Shown here piece after piece: positions 27,898-37,644 of a stretch of DNA of 37,644 nt. The DNA lies in the sequence record SRR22947725_578; one strand, 5' to 3'. The position numbers and the translations under genes were made by a program. Below the pieces are notes generated by a model. It had not been told where the DNA came from. It was given only the letters and a program-made list of their open reading frames with translations, and ran no database searches. The stretch's first letter is position 1; the number at the start of each line of letters is the position of its first letter.

Positions 27898-28644
27898 CTA
27901 TACTTTAAATGTATCTCCTAGATATAGTTTTCTAGCTTCTTTATTATCTATAATTTTATTGCTATCACCCTCTGCTATAATTTCACCTGAGTGCATTACA
28001 TATGAATAATCACAAATATCTAGCACTTCACGAACATTGTGATCTGTAATAAGTACACCAATATTTCTTTTAATAAGTTGCTTTATTAAATTTTTAATAT
28101 CACTAATACCTATGGGATCCACACCTGCTGTTGGTTCATCCATTAGTATTAATTTTGGATCTGCAGCTAAACATCTTGCGATTTCTGTTCTTCGTCTCTC
28201 ACCTCCACTTAACATATATGGCATCGCTCTTCTAAGATGAGTAAGGGAAAATTCAGTCAATAATTCTTCTAAATTATTTTGCATTTGTTCCATGCTATAT
28301 TTTTTTGTTTCAAGAATTGACATAATATTATCTTCTACTGATAAGCCTCTAAATATAGAGGGTTGCTGTGGCAAGTAGCCAATCCCAAGTTTTGCTCGTT
28401 CGTGCATTGGCAATGATACAATATTACAATCATCTAAATTAATTTCACCACTATCAGGCTGGATCAATCCCATTATCATATAAAAAGTAGTAGTTTTACC
28501 TGCACCATTTGGACCTAATAAACCAATAGTTTGACCTCTTTGAACATGAAGAGACACATTCCTTACAATAGTTTTTTCAGAGAGAGATTTTCTTAAGTTT
28601 TTTATAACTAAACCATTATTTGAAGATATTAATTTAGGCTTCAT
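27898..28644 (-). CDS. lptB: LPS export ABC transporter ATP-binding protein
   Basis: GPNGAGKTTTF, GYLPQ, LSGGERRR, GVDP, ITDHNVRE and YLG motifs. Confidence 0.95.
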   Translation of the reverse strand: MKPKLISSNNGLVIKNLRKSLSEKTIVRNVSLHVQRGQTIGLLGPNGAGKTTTFYMIMGLIQPDSGEINLDDCNIVSLPMHERAKLGIGYLPQQPSIFRGLSVEDNIMSILETKKYSMEQMQNNLEELLTEFSLTHLRRAMPYMLSGGERRRTEIARCLAADPKLILMDEPTAGVDPIGISDIKNLIKQLIKRNIGVLITDHNVREVLDICDYSYVMHSGEIIAEGDSNKIIDNKEARKLYLGDTFKV

Positions 28645-28646
28645 TT

Positions 28647-29096
28647 TTATTTTGCCACTTTAACAGAAACTTGTTTATCATTATTTCCTTCGATAATACT
28701 TGTTGAATTGATTAAATCTACAATTAATTCACTGCCACTCAATATATTGCCATCTTGTATTACTGAAACATTACCACTGAGTTTAATTTTTTCTAATTTT
28801 GGATCATATACAGCTTTATCACCAAATATTTCTTCATTAAGCCGTACAATTTTTACATTTCTAATTATTGTGATTAATTTAATCTTTTTATCATTATCAT
28901 AATTTACTAAAATTTTATTGCCCCAAAAATGATTTTCGCCATTTCTTGCGTAAGCATTGCCAATGAATTCTGATATAAGTTGATTTTCTTTGATAATCAA
29001 TTTATCTGAATTTATATAAAAATAATTATCATTTTTTTCTTCACTAAAAACATTTGTGTTTAAAAAAATAATAAATACGAAATAAATTGATTTCAT
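28647..29096 (-). CDS. lptA: LptA/OstA-like LPS transport periplasmic protein
   Basis: Beta-jellyroll pattern (GDKAVYD, LSGNVSVIQDGN.LSG); lies between lptC and lptB. Confidence 0.8.
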   Translation of the reverse strand: MKSIYFVFIIFLNTNVFSEEKNDNYFYINSDKLIIKENQLISEFIGNAYARNGENHFWGNKILVNYDNDKKIKLITIIRNVKIVRLNEEIFGDKAVYDPKLEKIKLSGNVSVIQDGNILSGSELIVDLINSTSIIEGNNDKQVSVKVAK

Positions 29097-29647
29097 TTAT
29101 CTTTAACTTTTACCCTAACATTACCTGAATACACTATAGTATTATTTTTTTCATCTACTACAGATGAGTTAGACTTAATTATTGAGGCACCTGATACTGA
29201 GATAACTTCATCTATAAAATTCATTTTTTTATTATCTATGTCTATTATAGCAAACTTTGCTGAAGTTTTATTTTCCATGTCATCATAAATTGTAACATTA
29301 TCTATCAGTTCTATTGTTTGATTAATTTGATTATAGAGACCCTTATCAGCTTTGACATAAATTATCTCACCATTATCATTTGTAAATGTCCCAAAAACTT
29401 CGTAAAGCTCTATATCATTTTTAATTTGAATTCCTTTTTTGGCAATAATTTCATAGGGATTTGTATTTAATCCTTTATTTTTAAAAACAGGATTTGATAT
29501 TTCAATTGTTCCAGGAGTTGATGTTTCTTTTAAATTATTAACTTTGGTCTCAAGCATTTTTGAATCATTATTAAAATAATTTAATACAATTAAGCTTAGA
29601 ATTATTAATAAAATAATTATAATTATTTTGTTCAAGTATTTTCTCAT
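29093..29647 (-). CDS. lptC: LPS export protein LptC
   Basis: N-terminal TM, NPVFK..PYEIIA and ADKGLYN; kdsD-lptC-lptA-lptB synteny. Confidence 0.78.
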   Translation of the reverse strand: MRKYLNKIIIIILLIILSLIVLNYFNNDSKMLETKVNNLKETSTPGTIEISNPVFKNKGLNTNPYEIIAKKGIQIKNDIELYEVFGTFTNDNGEIIYVKADKGLYNQINQTIELIDNVTIYDDMENKTSAKFAIIDIDNKKMNFIDEVISVSGASIIKSNSSVVDEKNNTIVYSGNVRVKVKDK

Positions 29648-29662
29648 AATACTTAGTATTAT

Positions 29663-30622
29663 TTAATGTTTATTAATTTTTAAACAATCATGAATATGAA
29701 TTATTCCAATTGGCTTTTGATTTTTCTCAATAAACAGGCAAGATATTTTTTTGCTATTCATCAATTCAAGTGCATCTGAGCATAATTCATCTTCTTTAAT
29801 TAATAGTGGGGGTGACTTCATTACCAGTTTAACTTTTTTATCTAATAAATTATTATTTATTGATCTTCTGAGGTCTCCGTCAGTTACTATACCTATAATC
29901 TTTTTTGCCTTATTAATTACGCCAACGTGCCCAAAAGATTTTTTAGTTATCTCTAAAACAGCATCTTTCATTGATGCATTTTCGTCTATTAATGGTAATT
30001 TCTTTCCAGTGTGCATTATTTTTTTTACTTGGATTAGGCTTTCTCCTAGACTTCCACCAGGGTGAATATTTCTATATTCCTTAGTCGAAAACTTCTTTTT
30101 CTTCATCAGACTTACACAAATAATATCTCCTAAGACCAATGTCATCGTAGTGGAGGTTGTTGGCGCCAAGCCAATTGCACAAGCTTCATCAGCCGATGGA
30201 ACAATCAAGCTCATATTAACTGATTTGCTTAGATTACTATTTTTAGCAGAAGAAATTCCTATAGAAAATATTTTATGTTTTTTACAAAAATTAATTATAC
30301 CTTCAAGTTCTATACTATTTCCTGAATTTGATATTATTATGACAATATCATTTTTTGAAATTATACCTAAATCACCATGAGACATTTCAGTTGAATGGCA
30401 AAACTGTGAGGGAGTACCAGTTGAACTCATTGTACTTGATATTTTTTTTGCAATATGTCCTGATTTACCAATACCTGTAAATATTACTCTACCTTTAACT
30501 TTTGATAGCTTATTTATGATATTTGAAAAATCACTATTTAAAACTTTTGATAATTTTTGAATTCCATTTAACTCAGTTTTTAAAACATCATTAGCAGTTT
30601 TAATAATAAGTTTATTTTCCAT
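29663..30622 (-). CDS. kdsD: Arabinose-5-phosphate isomerase (KpsF/GutQ family, SIS + CBS domains)
   Basis: GIGKSGHIA, SHGDLG, APTTST, HPGGSLG and TDGDLRR motifs. Confidence 0.93.
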   Translation of the reverse strand: MENKLIIKTANDVLKTELNGIQKLSKVLNSDFSNIINKLSKVKGRVIFTGIGKSGHIAKKISSTMSSTGTPSQFCHSTEMSHGDLGIISKNDIVIIISNSGNSIELEGIINFCKKHKIFSIGISSAKNSNLSKSVNMSLIVPSADEACAIGLAPTTSTTMTLVLGDIICVSLMKKKKFSTKEYRNIHPGGSLGESLIQVKKIMHTGKKLPLIDENASMKDAVLEITKKSFGHVGVINKAKKIIGIVTDGDLRRSINNNLLDKKVKLVMKSPPLLIKEDELCSDALELMNSKKISCLFIEKNQKPIGIIHIHDCLKINKH

Positions 30623-30627
30623 AAATA

Positions 30628-31245
30628 TTATGATGAATGTGAGAATATATCTTTATCAACCCAGCCCTTTAAATCTAATTCGACTCGAGTTGGCAGAAAT
30701 TTAAAACAAGCATCAGCTAATTCAAATCTTTTTTCACGTTCCAATATTTCATTTAGTTTGATTCTTATATTGTGAAGGTGAACTACGTCATTTGCTGCAT
30801 AAGTGACTTGTTCTTTTGAAAGGGCTATATTTCCCCAATCGCTACTTTGCTTCTTTTTAGATATTTCTACGTCTAAGAGTTCTTTGCAGATATCCTTAAG
30901 ACCATGTGAATTTGTATAAGTTCGAGCAATCTTACTTGCAATTTTGGTGCAATAAATATTATCTAAACTAACTCCAAGAGCATATTTTATTGCGGCCATG
31001 TCAAATCGAGCATAGTGAAAGATCTTAATTTTACTTTTATCATCAAGAATTTTTTGTAAGTTTGGACTATCATAATCAAAGCCATCAAATTGAACTAAAT
31101 GACAATCACCTTCTCCATCATACATCTGTATTAGGCATAATCTATCTCTAGCAGGATTCAAGCCCATTGCCTCAGTATCAATTGCTATAATGTCACCAAA
31201 AGTAACATGATCAGGAAGATCATTTTTGTATAAATGTGTTTGCAT
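30628..31245 (-). CDS. rnd: Short ribonuclease D-like 3'-5' exonuclease
   Basis: IDTEAMGL, DRLCLIQ, FHYARFD, CTKIAS, QSSDWG and YAANDV motifs. Confidence 0.88.
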   Translation of the reverse strand: MQTHLYKNDLPDHVTFGDIIAIDTEAMGLNPARDRLCLIQMYDGEGDCHLVQFDGFDYDSPNLQKILDDKSKIKIFHYARFDMAAIKYALGVSLDNIYCTKIASKIARTYTNSHGLKDICKELLDVEISKKKQSSDWGNIALSKEQVTYAANDVVHLHNIRIKLNEILEREKRFELADACFKFLPTRVELDLKGWVDKDIFSHSS

Positions 31246-31311
31246 TGTTGAGTAATTAGCCTATTTGGTAGAATAATTTAAAAGAGTATATATCATCAAA
31301 ACAATTAAAAA

Positions 31312-32214
31312 ATGAATAATAAAGTAATAACTATATTTGGAGCAGGATTTATAGGTAAAAGCCTAATTTTTGAGCTTTTACAAAAAGGCTATATTGTTAA
31401 GGCCATATGTAGAAATCCATATTTAAGAGGAAATTTAAGATCTATGGCCAATATTGGCCAACTTGATATTAAGTATGGTGACATAACAAAAAGTAATTCA
31501 ATTGAAAGTTATTTTGAGTCTTCAGACATTATTATTAATTTAGTAGGTGTATTAGCTGAAAATTCTAAAAATAAATATCAGCAAGCTCATGTTATTGGGC
31601 CAAGCAATATTGGAAAACTATCAAAAAAATATAATATTAAACGCTTAATTCATATTTCGTCAATTGGTGCGGATATTAAAAGTAATATTAACTATCAGAA
31701 AACTAAAGGTGAGGGTGAACTTGCATTAAAAGATAATTTCAATGATGTGAGTATAATTCGTCCATCAATTGTTTTTGGTCCAGAGGATGGGTTTTTTAAC
31801 GTGCAAGCAAAGCTTTTAAAACTTAGCCCAGTTATTCCACTATTTGGAGGCGGAAAAAATAAATTTCAGCCTGTTTATATAAATGATCTTGTTAATGGAA
31901 TAATTAAAATATTTGAAGATGATAGTCACAAGGGTAAAATTTTTGAATTTGGAGGTCCAGATATAATGACTATGAAGGAAGTATATCAATTTATTTTAAA
32001 GGAACTAAAAATTAAAAGGCTATTAATTCCTGCACCAATTTTCACTGCCTCAGTGATGGCAAAGTTTATTCAACTTCTTCCTAATCCTATTATAACTTCT
32101 GACTTAGTAAAAGCTTTGGAAATTGATAATATTATTAGTGGCACTTATGAAGAAATAACATCGTTAGGTATTGAACCTAAATCTCCTTACTCCATAGTTC
32201 CAACGTATCTTTAG
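31312..32214 (+). CDS. Complex I NDUFA9-like atypical SDR (NAD(P)-binding)
   Basis: IFGAGFIG, INLVG, HISSIGA, Y..TK.GE, RPSIVFGPED and FQPVY motifs. Confidence 0.88.
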   Translation: MNNKVITIFGAGFIGKSLIFELLQKGYIVKAICRNPYLRGNLRSMANIGQLDIKYGDITKSNSIESYFESSDIIINLVGVLAENSKNKYQQAHVIGPSNIGKLSKKYNIKRLIHISSIGADIKSNINYQKTKGEGELALKDNFNDVSIIRPSIVFGPEDGFFNVQAKLLKLSPVIPLFGGGKNKFQPVYINDLVNGIIKIFEDDSHKGKIFEFGGPDIMTMKEVYQFILKELKIKRLLIPAPIFTASVMAKFIQLLPNPIITSDLVKALEIDNIISGTYEEITSLGIEPKSPYSIVPTYL

Positions 32215-33026
32215 TTAGCAAGAATTAGAATTATTGATCCAAGGATTATCCTATAAATTACAAATGGAAGCATTGTATGGTTTGACACCCATTTAATTAA
32301 AAAGTTTATTGCAAACATAGCGGTAATGAAAGATACCAAAATAGCGGCTATTGCATCACCAGTAAAAGTTACATCCTTTTTATCAATAATCTCAATCAAT
32401 GGAATAAATGAAGATATTAAAATTGTTGGTATAGATAACAACATTGAAAATTTAGCTGCTTCAACCCTAGAGACTTTATAAAATCTACTTGTGGTGTAAA
32501 TTATTCCAGCCCTACTTGTGCCTGGTATAATTGCTAATATTTGTGAACAACCTATGATAAAAACTTTTTTAAAACTTATTTTAGATAATTCATTAGGTTT
32601 ATTTGTAGTATTGATTTTATTACTCTTTATGTCTGCAAAATATAATAGTATTCCAAAAAAAATAGTTGCAAGGCCTATTACTTGAAAATTTCTTAAAAGA
32701 TAAGTTAAGTCTAATAAAAATATCAATCCACCAACAAACACAATTGGAATAGTAGCTATAATAAGATTTTTTAAATTCCTAGTTTCTTGATTACTATCTG
32801 AGTTAAAGAGTTTTGGGATGGCCATAAAATAATCAAAAACTTCTTTTTTAAAGTAAAAAATAACGGCTAAAAGGGTTCCAATGTGAAGACAAATATCAAT
32901 AACTAAGCCTTGATTCTCAAAATTAAATAAATACGGAGCTATAATAAGATGAGCAGAGGAGCTAATTGGAAGAAATTCGGTGATTCCTTGAATGATTCCT
33001 AAAATTATAATTGGTAATATTGGCAT
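32211..33026 (-). CDS. uppP: Undecaprenyl-diphosphate phosphatase (BacA)
   Basis: QGITEFLPISSSAHL, PGTSR, FSMLLSIP and FVIYRI motifs. Confidence 0.94.
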   Translation of the reverse strand: MPILPIIILGIIQGITEFLPISSSAHLIIAPYLFNFENQGLVIDICLHIGTLLAVIFYFKKEVFDYFMAIPKLFNSDSNQETRNLKNLIIATIPIVFVGGLIFLLDLTYLLRNFQVIGLATIFFGILLYFADIKSNKINTTNKPNELSKISFKKVFIIGCSQILAIIPGTSRAGIIYTTSRFYKVSRVEAAKFSMLLSIPTILISSFIPLIEIIDKKDVTFTGDAIAAILVSFITAMFAINFLIKWVSNHTMLPFVIYRIILGSIILILAN

Positions 33027-33069
33027 GTATTTTTTTATATTATTACTTTTTTACCTAATTTTAGAAGAT

Positions 33070-33098
33070 TTTATATAAATATATTAAAACTATGTCAA
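33070..33098 (-). promoter_or_regulatory. Sigma70-type promoter for uppP
   Basis: Minus strand TTGACA-N17-TATAAA. Confidence 0.4.
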
Positions 33099-33188
33099 TA
33101 ATACTGACTTGTTTTAATAATATAATTATGTGATGTTATCATATTAAATTTAATTATTAAAAAAATAAGTAATAGATACTGACATAAT

Positions 33189-34628
33189 ATGGCAAAAATG
33201 CTTAAATTCATAGACTTACCTCAAGCTTATCCTGATAAAGAAGATGCAAAGCTTAGGAAGAAAAAGTTCAAGGAAATTTATCAAGGTTATATAAAGAATA
33301 AAGCGGTTGAGCAATCTAGTCGTTGTTCGCAATGTGGAGTTCCATACTGCACAGTACATTGTCCTTTGCATAATCATATTCCTGATTGGCTAAAACTGGC
33401 GGCAGAGGATCGCTTGGAGGAAGCTTATCATCTTTCAGCTAGTACAAACAATATGCCTGAAGTCTGTGGAAGGATTTGTCCTCAAGACCGATTGTGTGAA
33501 GGAAATTGTGTTATTGAACAATCTGGACATGGAGCGGTAACTATTGGTTCTGTGGAAAAATATATAACTGATACCGCATTTGAAAATGATTGGATTAAAC
33601 CAATTCAATTATTACCTCATCAAGTTAAAAAAGAGTCTATTGGAATTATTGGAGCAGGCCCAGCTGGTTTAGCTGCAGCAGAGCAATTAAGAAAACAAGG
33701 ATATGAGATCGAAGTTTACGATCGTTATGATAGAGCTGGTGGATTATTAATTTATGGAATACCAAGCTTTAAACTGGAAAAAGATATTGTGCAAAGGCGA
33801 ACAAAGTACTTAGAGGATAGTGGTATAAAATTTAATTTCAATATTGAGATTGGAAAAGATCTATCCTTTGAAGATATAAAATTGAAACATGAATCAGTTT
33901 TAATTGCAACTGGTGTATATAAGGCAAAAAAACTTAGTATAGAAAAAGATTTTTATAATATTGTACCTGCTTTAGACTTTTTGATTGCTTCTAATAAAAA
34001 AGGACTAGGGGATGAAGTTCCATCGTTTGATAATGGACAACTTAATGCTGAAGGTAAAAATATAGTTGTTATAGGGGGTGGGGATACTGCCATGGATTGT
34101 GTTAGAACAAGTATTAGACAAAAAGCAAAATCAGTTAAATGTTTGTATAGAAGAGATAGGGAAAATATGCCTGGATCAGCAAGAGAAGTTCTCAACGCTG
34201 AAGAGGAAGGAGTAGAATTTTTATGGAAATCTGCACCTAAAGATTTTATAGGCAATGAAAATGTTTCTGAAGTTTTATGTTCACGTATGCAATTAAGTGA
34301 ACCAGACTCATCTGGTCGCCAAGTTCCAGAAATAATTGAAGGTGCTGATTATAACATTAAGACTGATATGGTTATAACAGCATTAGGCTTCGATCCAGAA
34401 AATATTCCTAAGATGTTTGGCGTTGAAGAGCTTAAAGTCACTAAATGGGGTACTTTAAAAACAGAATTTAAATCAATGATGACTGATATTGAAGGGGTTT
34501 TTGCTGCTGGGGATATTGTAAGAGGAGCTTCTTTAGTAGTCTGGGGAATTAGAGATGGAAGAGATGTAGCAGAATCAATTCATAGCTTTATTCAGGCAAA
34601 AAATGAAAGTGTAAAAAAAGTATCATGA
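33189..34628 (+). CDS. gltD: Glutamate synthase small subunit
   Basis: RCSQCGVPYC..HCP, GRICPQDRLCEGNC, IGAGPAG, GGGDTAMDC and AAGDIVRGASLVVW motifs. Confidence 0.96.
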   Translation: MAKMLKFIDLPQAYPDKEDAKLRKKKFKEIYQGYIKNKAVEQSSRCSQCGVPYCTVHCPLHNHIPDWLKLAAEDRLEEAYHLSASTNNMPEVCGRICPQDRLCEGNCVIEQSGHGAVTIGSVEKYITDTAFENDWIKPIQLLPHQVKKESIGIIGAGPAGLAAAEQLRKQGYEIEVYDRYDRAGGLLIYGIPSFKLEKDIVQRRTKYLEDSGIKFNFNIEIGKDLSFEDIKLKHESVLIATGVYKAKKLSIEKDFYNIVPALDFLIASNKKGLGDEVPSFDNGQLNAEGKNIVVIGGGDTAMDCVRTSIRQKAKSVKCLYRRDRENMPGSAREVLNAEEEGVEFLWKSAPKDFIGNENVSEVLCSRMQLSEPDSSGRQVPEIIEGADYNIKTDMVITALGFDPENIPKMFGVEELKVTKWGTLKTEFKSMMTDIEGVFAAGDIVRGASLVVWGIRDGRDVAESIHSFIQAKNESVKKVS

Positions 34629-37600
34629 CAAGCTGGCTAGAAAGATACAATAAAAATAAAAAAACTTTAATGGATGCAAATCTTTACCATCCATCACAAG
34701 AACATGATGCTTGTGGAGTAGGCTTTATAGCTTCTATAGATGGTATCCCTAATCGTCGTGTAGTCATAAGTGGAATTGAAGCATTAAAAGCTGTTTGGCA
34801 TCGTGGTGCAGTCGATGCGGATGGAAAAACAGGTGATGGCGCTGGTATCCATGTTGAAATTCCAAAATTATTTTTTGAAGAGGAAGTTAAAAAGACTGGT
34901 CATGAAATTATGGAGGGCGATCTTGGTATAGGGATGATTTTCCTTCCACGTAATGATTATAGTGCCTTAGAAAAATGTAGAACAATTGTTGAGTCAGAAT
35001 TACTCAATCATGGATATTATATTTATGGATGGAGGCAGGTGCCTTTAAATACAAGCGTTCTAGGCAGAAAAGCTAATTCTACTAGACCTGAAATTGAACA
35101 GGTTATGTTTGTAAATAATATTGAGCGATCAAAAGAAGAAGATCTTGATAAAGAGTTATTTTTAATTAGACGTAAAATAGAGAAAAGAATTTTAAATTTG
35201 CAAATATCAGAATTTTATATTTGTTCATTAAGCTTCAATACTGTTATTTATAAAGGATTGTTCTTGGCGGAACATTTATCAACTTTCTTTCCTGATCTTG
35301 AAGATGATAGGTTTATCTCTTCGTTCTCAATCTTTCACCAAAGGTATTCCACAAACACTTTTCCAAGCTGGGCACTGGCTCAACCTTTTAGAACATTGGC
35401 ACATAATGGAGAAATTAATACGATTTCAGGAAATACTAACTGGATGAGAAATCATGAAACAAGAATTGCTTCAGAACTGTTTGGAGAAAATAGTGATCAA
35501 ATTAAACCTATTATTGTTCGTGGAAGTTCAGATTCTTCAGCATTAGATGCTGCTTTCGAAATGTTTGTTAGGGCTGGAAGATCAGCTCCTTTAACGAAGA
35601 CTCTTTTAATGCCAGAAGCTTGGTCAAAACGAAGCAAACTTATTCCAGAAAGTCACAGGAATATGTATGAGTTTGCTAATGCTGTAATTGAACCTTGGGA
35701 CGGACCTGCTGCTATTGCGGCATATGATGGTGAATGGGTAATAGGAGGAATGGATAGAAACGGTCTACGACCAATGAGGTACACAATAACTGATAGTAAT
35801 CTAATTTTTGCAGGATCAGAAACAGGAATGGTTCCAGTTAACGAAGAGGAAATAATTTATAAAGGTAGACTAGGGCCTGGAGATATAATTGGTGTAAATT
35901 TAAAAGAAGGAAAATTATACGAAAACTTTGATTTAAAAGACAAATTAGCAAATGAGCATCCTTATCATGAGTGGGTAAAAAAAATTATTCGTATAGATAA
36001 GCAAATTACTTCTAAAAAAGAATCATCACTATTTAACTCTCAAAATTTAAGACAACGTAAGATTGCTGCTGGTTATACTATGGAAGAACTTGAATTGATC
36101 TTACATCCAATGGTCGATGAGGCAAAAGAATCTACTGGAAGCATGGGTGATGATACACCAATTGCGATCCTGTCTGATAAGTATAGACCTCTATCACATT
36201 TTTTTCGTCAAAAATTTAGCCAAGTTACAAATCCACCAATAGATAGTATTAGAGAGCAGTCCCGAATGAGTTTAAAAACTCGTTTTGGTAATTTGAGAGA
36301 TGTCTTGGACTCAAACTCTTATCAAGAAAGTGTTTTTGTAATGGATAGCCCTGTAGTTACAAATAGCATTTTCAATAAGATGCTTAAATTTGGAAAAGAT
36401 GAGTCAGTCACAATTGATTGTTGCTTTCCAGTAAAAGACACCGCTCTGAAAGAAAATATTAAAAGAATTCAAGACGAAGCAGAAGCCGCTGTTCTAAGTG
36501 GTAAACAACATATTGTACTAACAGATATGAATGCTGATAGTGACAATGTTTCTGTACCAATGATATTAGCTACCGCAGCAGTACATAGCTCATTAACAAG
36601 AAAAGGAATAAGATCATTTATTTCACTTCATGTTCAATCAGCAGAATGTTTGGATACTCATTATTTTGCTGTTTTAATTGGAGTTGGAGCTACGACGGTA
36701 AATCCATACTTAGCGCAAGAGTGTATTCGAGAGCGTCATAGTAAAGGCCTGTTTGGTGATTATAGTTATGAAGAGTGTGTAGCTAGGTTTAAAAAAGCTG
36801 TTGATCAAGGGTTATTAAAAATAATGGCTAAGCTAGGAATTTCAGTCGTCAGTGCTTATCGAGGTGGGTTTAATTTTGAAGTAGTTGGTTTAAGTCGTTC
36901 AATGGTCAACGAATATTTCCTTGGTGTACAAAGTAGAATATCTGGAATTGGATTAAGTGGCATAGAACATAAAATTAAAGAATTACATAAGTACGCATTT
37001 TCTGGAGATGTAGCAACTTTACCAATTGGTGGAATTTATAGATATAGAAACGGTGGTGAAGCTCATGCATATGATGGTAAATTGATTCATTTGCTCCAAG
37101 CTGCTGTCAGTAAAAATTCTTATGATATGTTTAAAACGTATTCCGAAGCGCATAAAAATTTTTCACCTATTAATATTAGAGATTTACTTGCTTTTAAATC
37201 TAAAAAAGAATTACAAAATATCAATAATGTAGAGTCTATTACTTCTATTAGGAAAAGGTTTGGAAGTGGAAGTATGTCTCATGGATCATTATCAAAAGAA
37301 GCCCATGAAACATTGGCGATTGCAATGAATCGAATTGGAGGCTCATCTTGTAGTGGTGAAGGTGGAGAGTCTATTGAAAGATCCATTACTAGAAAGAATG
37401 GTGATAATGCTAATTCAAGAGTTAAACAAGTTGCTTCAGCAAGATTTGGAGTAACAGCAGAATATTTAAATAACTGTGAAGAAATTGAAATTAAAATTTC
37501 TCAAGGGGCAAAGCCTGGTGAAGGTGGACAATTACCAGGATTTAAAGTTACAGCAGAAATTGCCAAACTCAGACATTCAACAATTGGAGTTACATTAATA

Positions 37601-37644
37601 TCACCACCACCTCATCATGATATTTATTCTATTGAGGATTTAGC
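34625..37644 (+). CDS. gltB: Glutamate synthase large subunit, 3'-truncated by the window (absent from the ORF track)
   Basis: ATGA overlap with gltD. Reads MTSWLE...EHDACGVGF, HRGAVDADGKTGDGAG, HQRYSTNT, EPWDGPA and QGAKPGEGGQLPG; SPPPHHDIYSIEDL at the window end is in the same frame as the start. Confidence 0.96.
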   Translation, partial: MTSWLERYNKNKKTLMDANLYHPSQEHDACGVGFIASIDGIPNRRVVISGIEALKAVWHRGAVDADGKTGDGAGIHVEIPKLFFEEEVKKTGHEIMEGDLGIGMIFLPRNDYSALEKCRTIVESELLNHGYYIYGWRQVPLNTSVLGRKANSTRPEIEQVMFVNNIERSKEEDLDKELFLIRRKIEKRILNLQISEFYICSLSFNTVIYKGLFLAEHLSTFFPDLEDDRFISSFSIFHQRYSTNTFPSWALAQPFRTLAHNGEINTISGNTNWMRNHETRIASELFGENSDQIKPIIVRGSSDSSALDAAFEMFVRAGRSAPLTKTLLMPEAWSKRSKLIPESHRNMYEFANAVIEPWDGPAAIAAYDGEWVIGGMDRNGLRPMRYTITDSNLIFAGSETGMVPVNEEEIIYKGRLGPGDIIGVNLKEGKLYENFDLKDKLANEHPYHEWVKKIIRIDKQITSKKESSLFNSQNLRQRKIAAGYTMEELELILHPMVDEAKESTGSMGDDTPIAILSDKYRPLSHFFRQKFSQVTNPPIDSIREQSRMSLKTRFGNLRDVLDSNSYQESVFVMDSPVVTNSIFNKMLKFGKDESVTIDCCFPVKDTALKENIKRIQDEAEAAVLSGKQHIVLTDMNADSDNVSVPMILATAAVHSSLTRKGIRSFISLHVQSAECLDTHYFAVLIGVGATTVNPYLAQECIRERHSKGLFGDYSYEECVARFKKAVDQGLLKIMAKLGISVVSAYRGGFNFEVVGLSRSMVNEYFLGVQSRISGIGLSGIEHKIKELHKYAFSGDVATLPIGGIYRYRNGGEAHAYDGKLIHLLQAAVSKNSYDMFKTYSEAHKNFSPINIRDLLAFKSKKELQNINNVESITSIRKRFGSGSMSHGSLSKEAHETLAIAMNRIGGSSCSGEGGESIERSITRKNGDNANSRVKQVASARFGVTAEYLNNCEEIEIKISQGAKPGEGGQLPGFKVTAEIAKLRHSTIGVTLISPPPHHDIYSIEDL

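Noticed and set aside
25395-33100. Apparently more AT-rich, Lys/Ile/Asn-rich stretch suggesting foreign origin or a chimeric join
   Set aside because: Judged by eye only, not computed. The genes are core and keep aroA-cmk-rpsA synteny across the apparent boundary; a sliding-window GC and read-coverage check would be needed.
1265-34255. Short ORFs in the track nested within or antisense to real genes (e.g. 1265, 2192, 2919, 4927, 6146, 13564, 17438, 21387, 29751, 33953)
   Set aside because: Shadow frames of well-supported genes with no recognisable motifs.
34629-37644. 3-kb region with no ORF in the track
   Set aside because: It is gltB running off the window end, not a non-coding region.

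Overview
AT-rich, densely packed bacterial chromosome segment. Gene order and style suggest a streamlined marine alphaproteobacterium (SAR11/HIMB59-like; inference only). Bases 1-11.4 kb hold an accessory amine-catabolism cluster: a Rieske oxygenase alpha subunit, a PuuB-like FAD oxidoreductase, a PotBCA+PotD ABC transporter, an amidase, a paralogous oxygenase that has cleanly lost its Rieske [2Fe-2S] subdomain, a PuuA-like gamma-glutamyl ligase and an enoyl-CoA hydratase. Bases 11.4-17.8 kb hold a DMT transporter, djlA, two small ORFs absent from the ORF track, pdxH, an SH3 protein, a structured intergenic hairpin, exonuclease I (sbcB-like), an RmuC-like gene and trxA. Bases 17.8-37.6 kb are core genes: folC, accD, trpA, trpB, trpF, pyrF, ihfB, rpsA, cmk, aroA, a FYDLN-acid protein, tRNA-Ala(GGC), lptBAC, kdsD, rnd, an NDUFA9-like SDR, uppP, gltD and a partial gltB. 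The most notable observations are (i) a TrpB (and TrpA) with many substitutions at normally conserved active-site motifs, (ii) the Rieske-less oxygenase paralog, and (iii) a hairpin upstream of the exonuclease I gene whose sequence recurs at that gene's stop codon and the rmuC start region. No CRISPR array, rRNA or transposase was seen.
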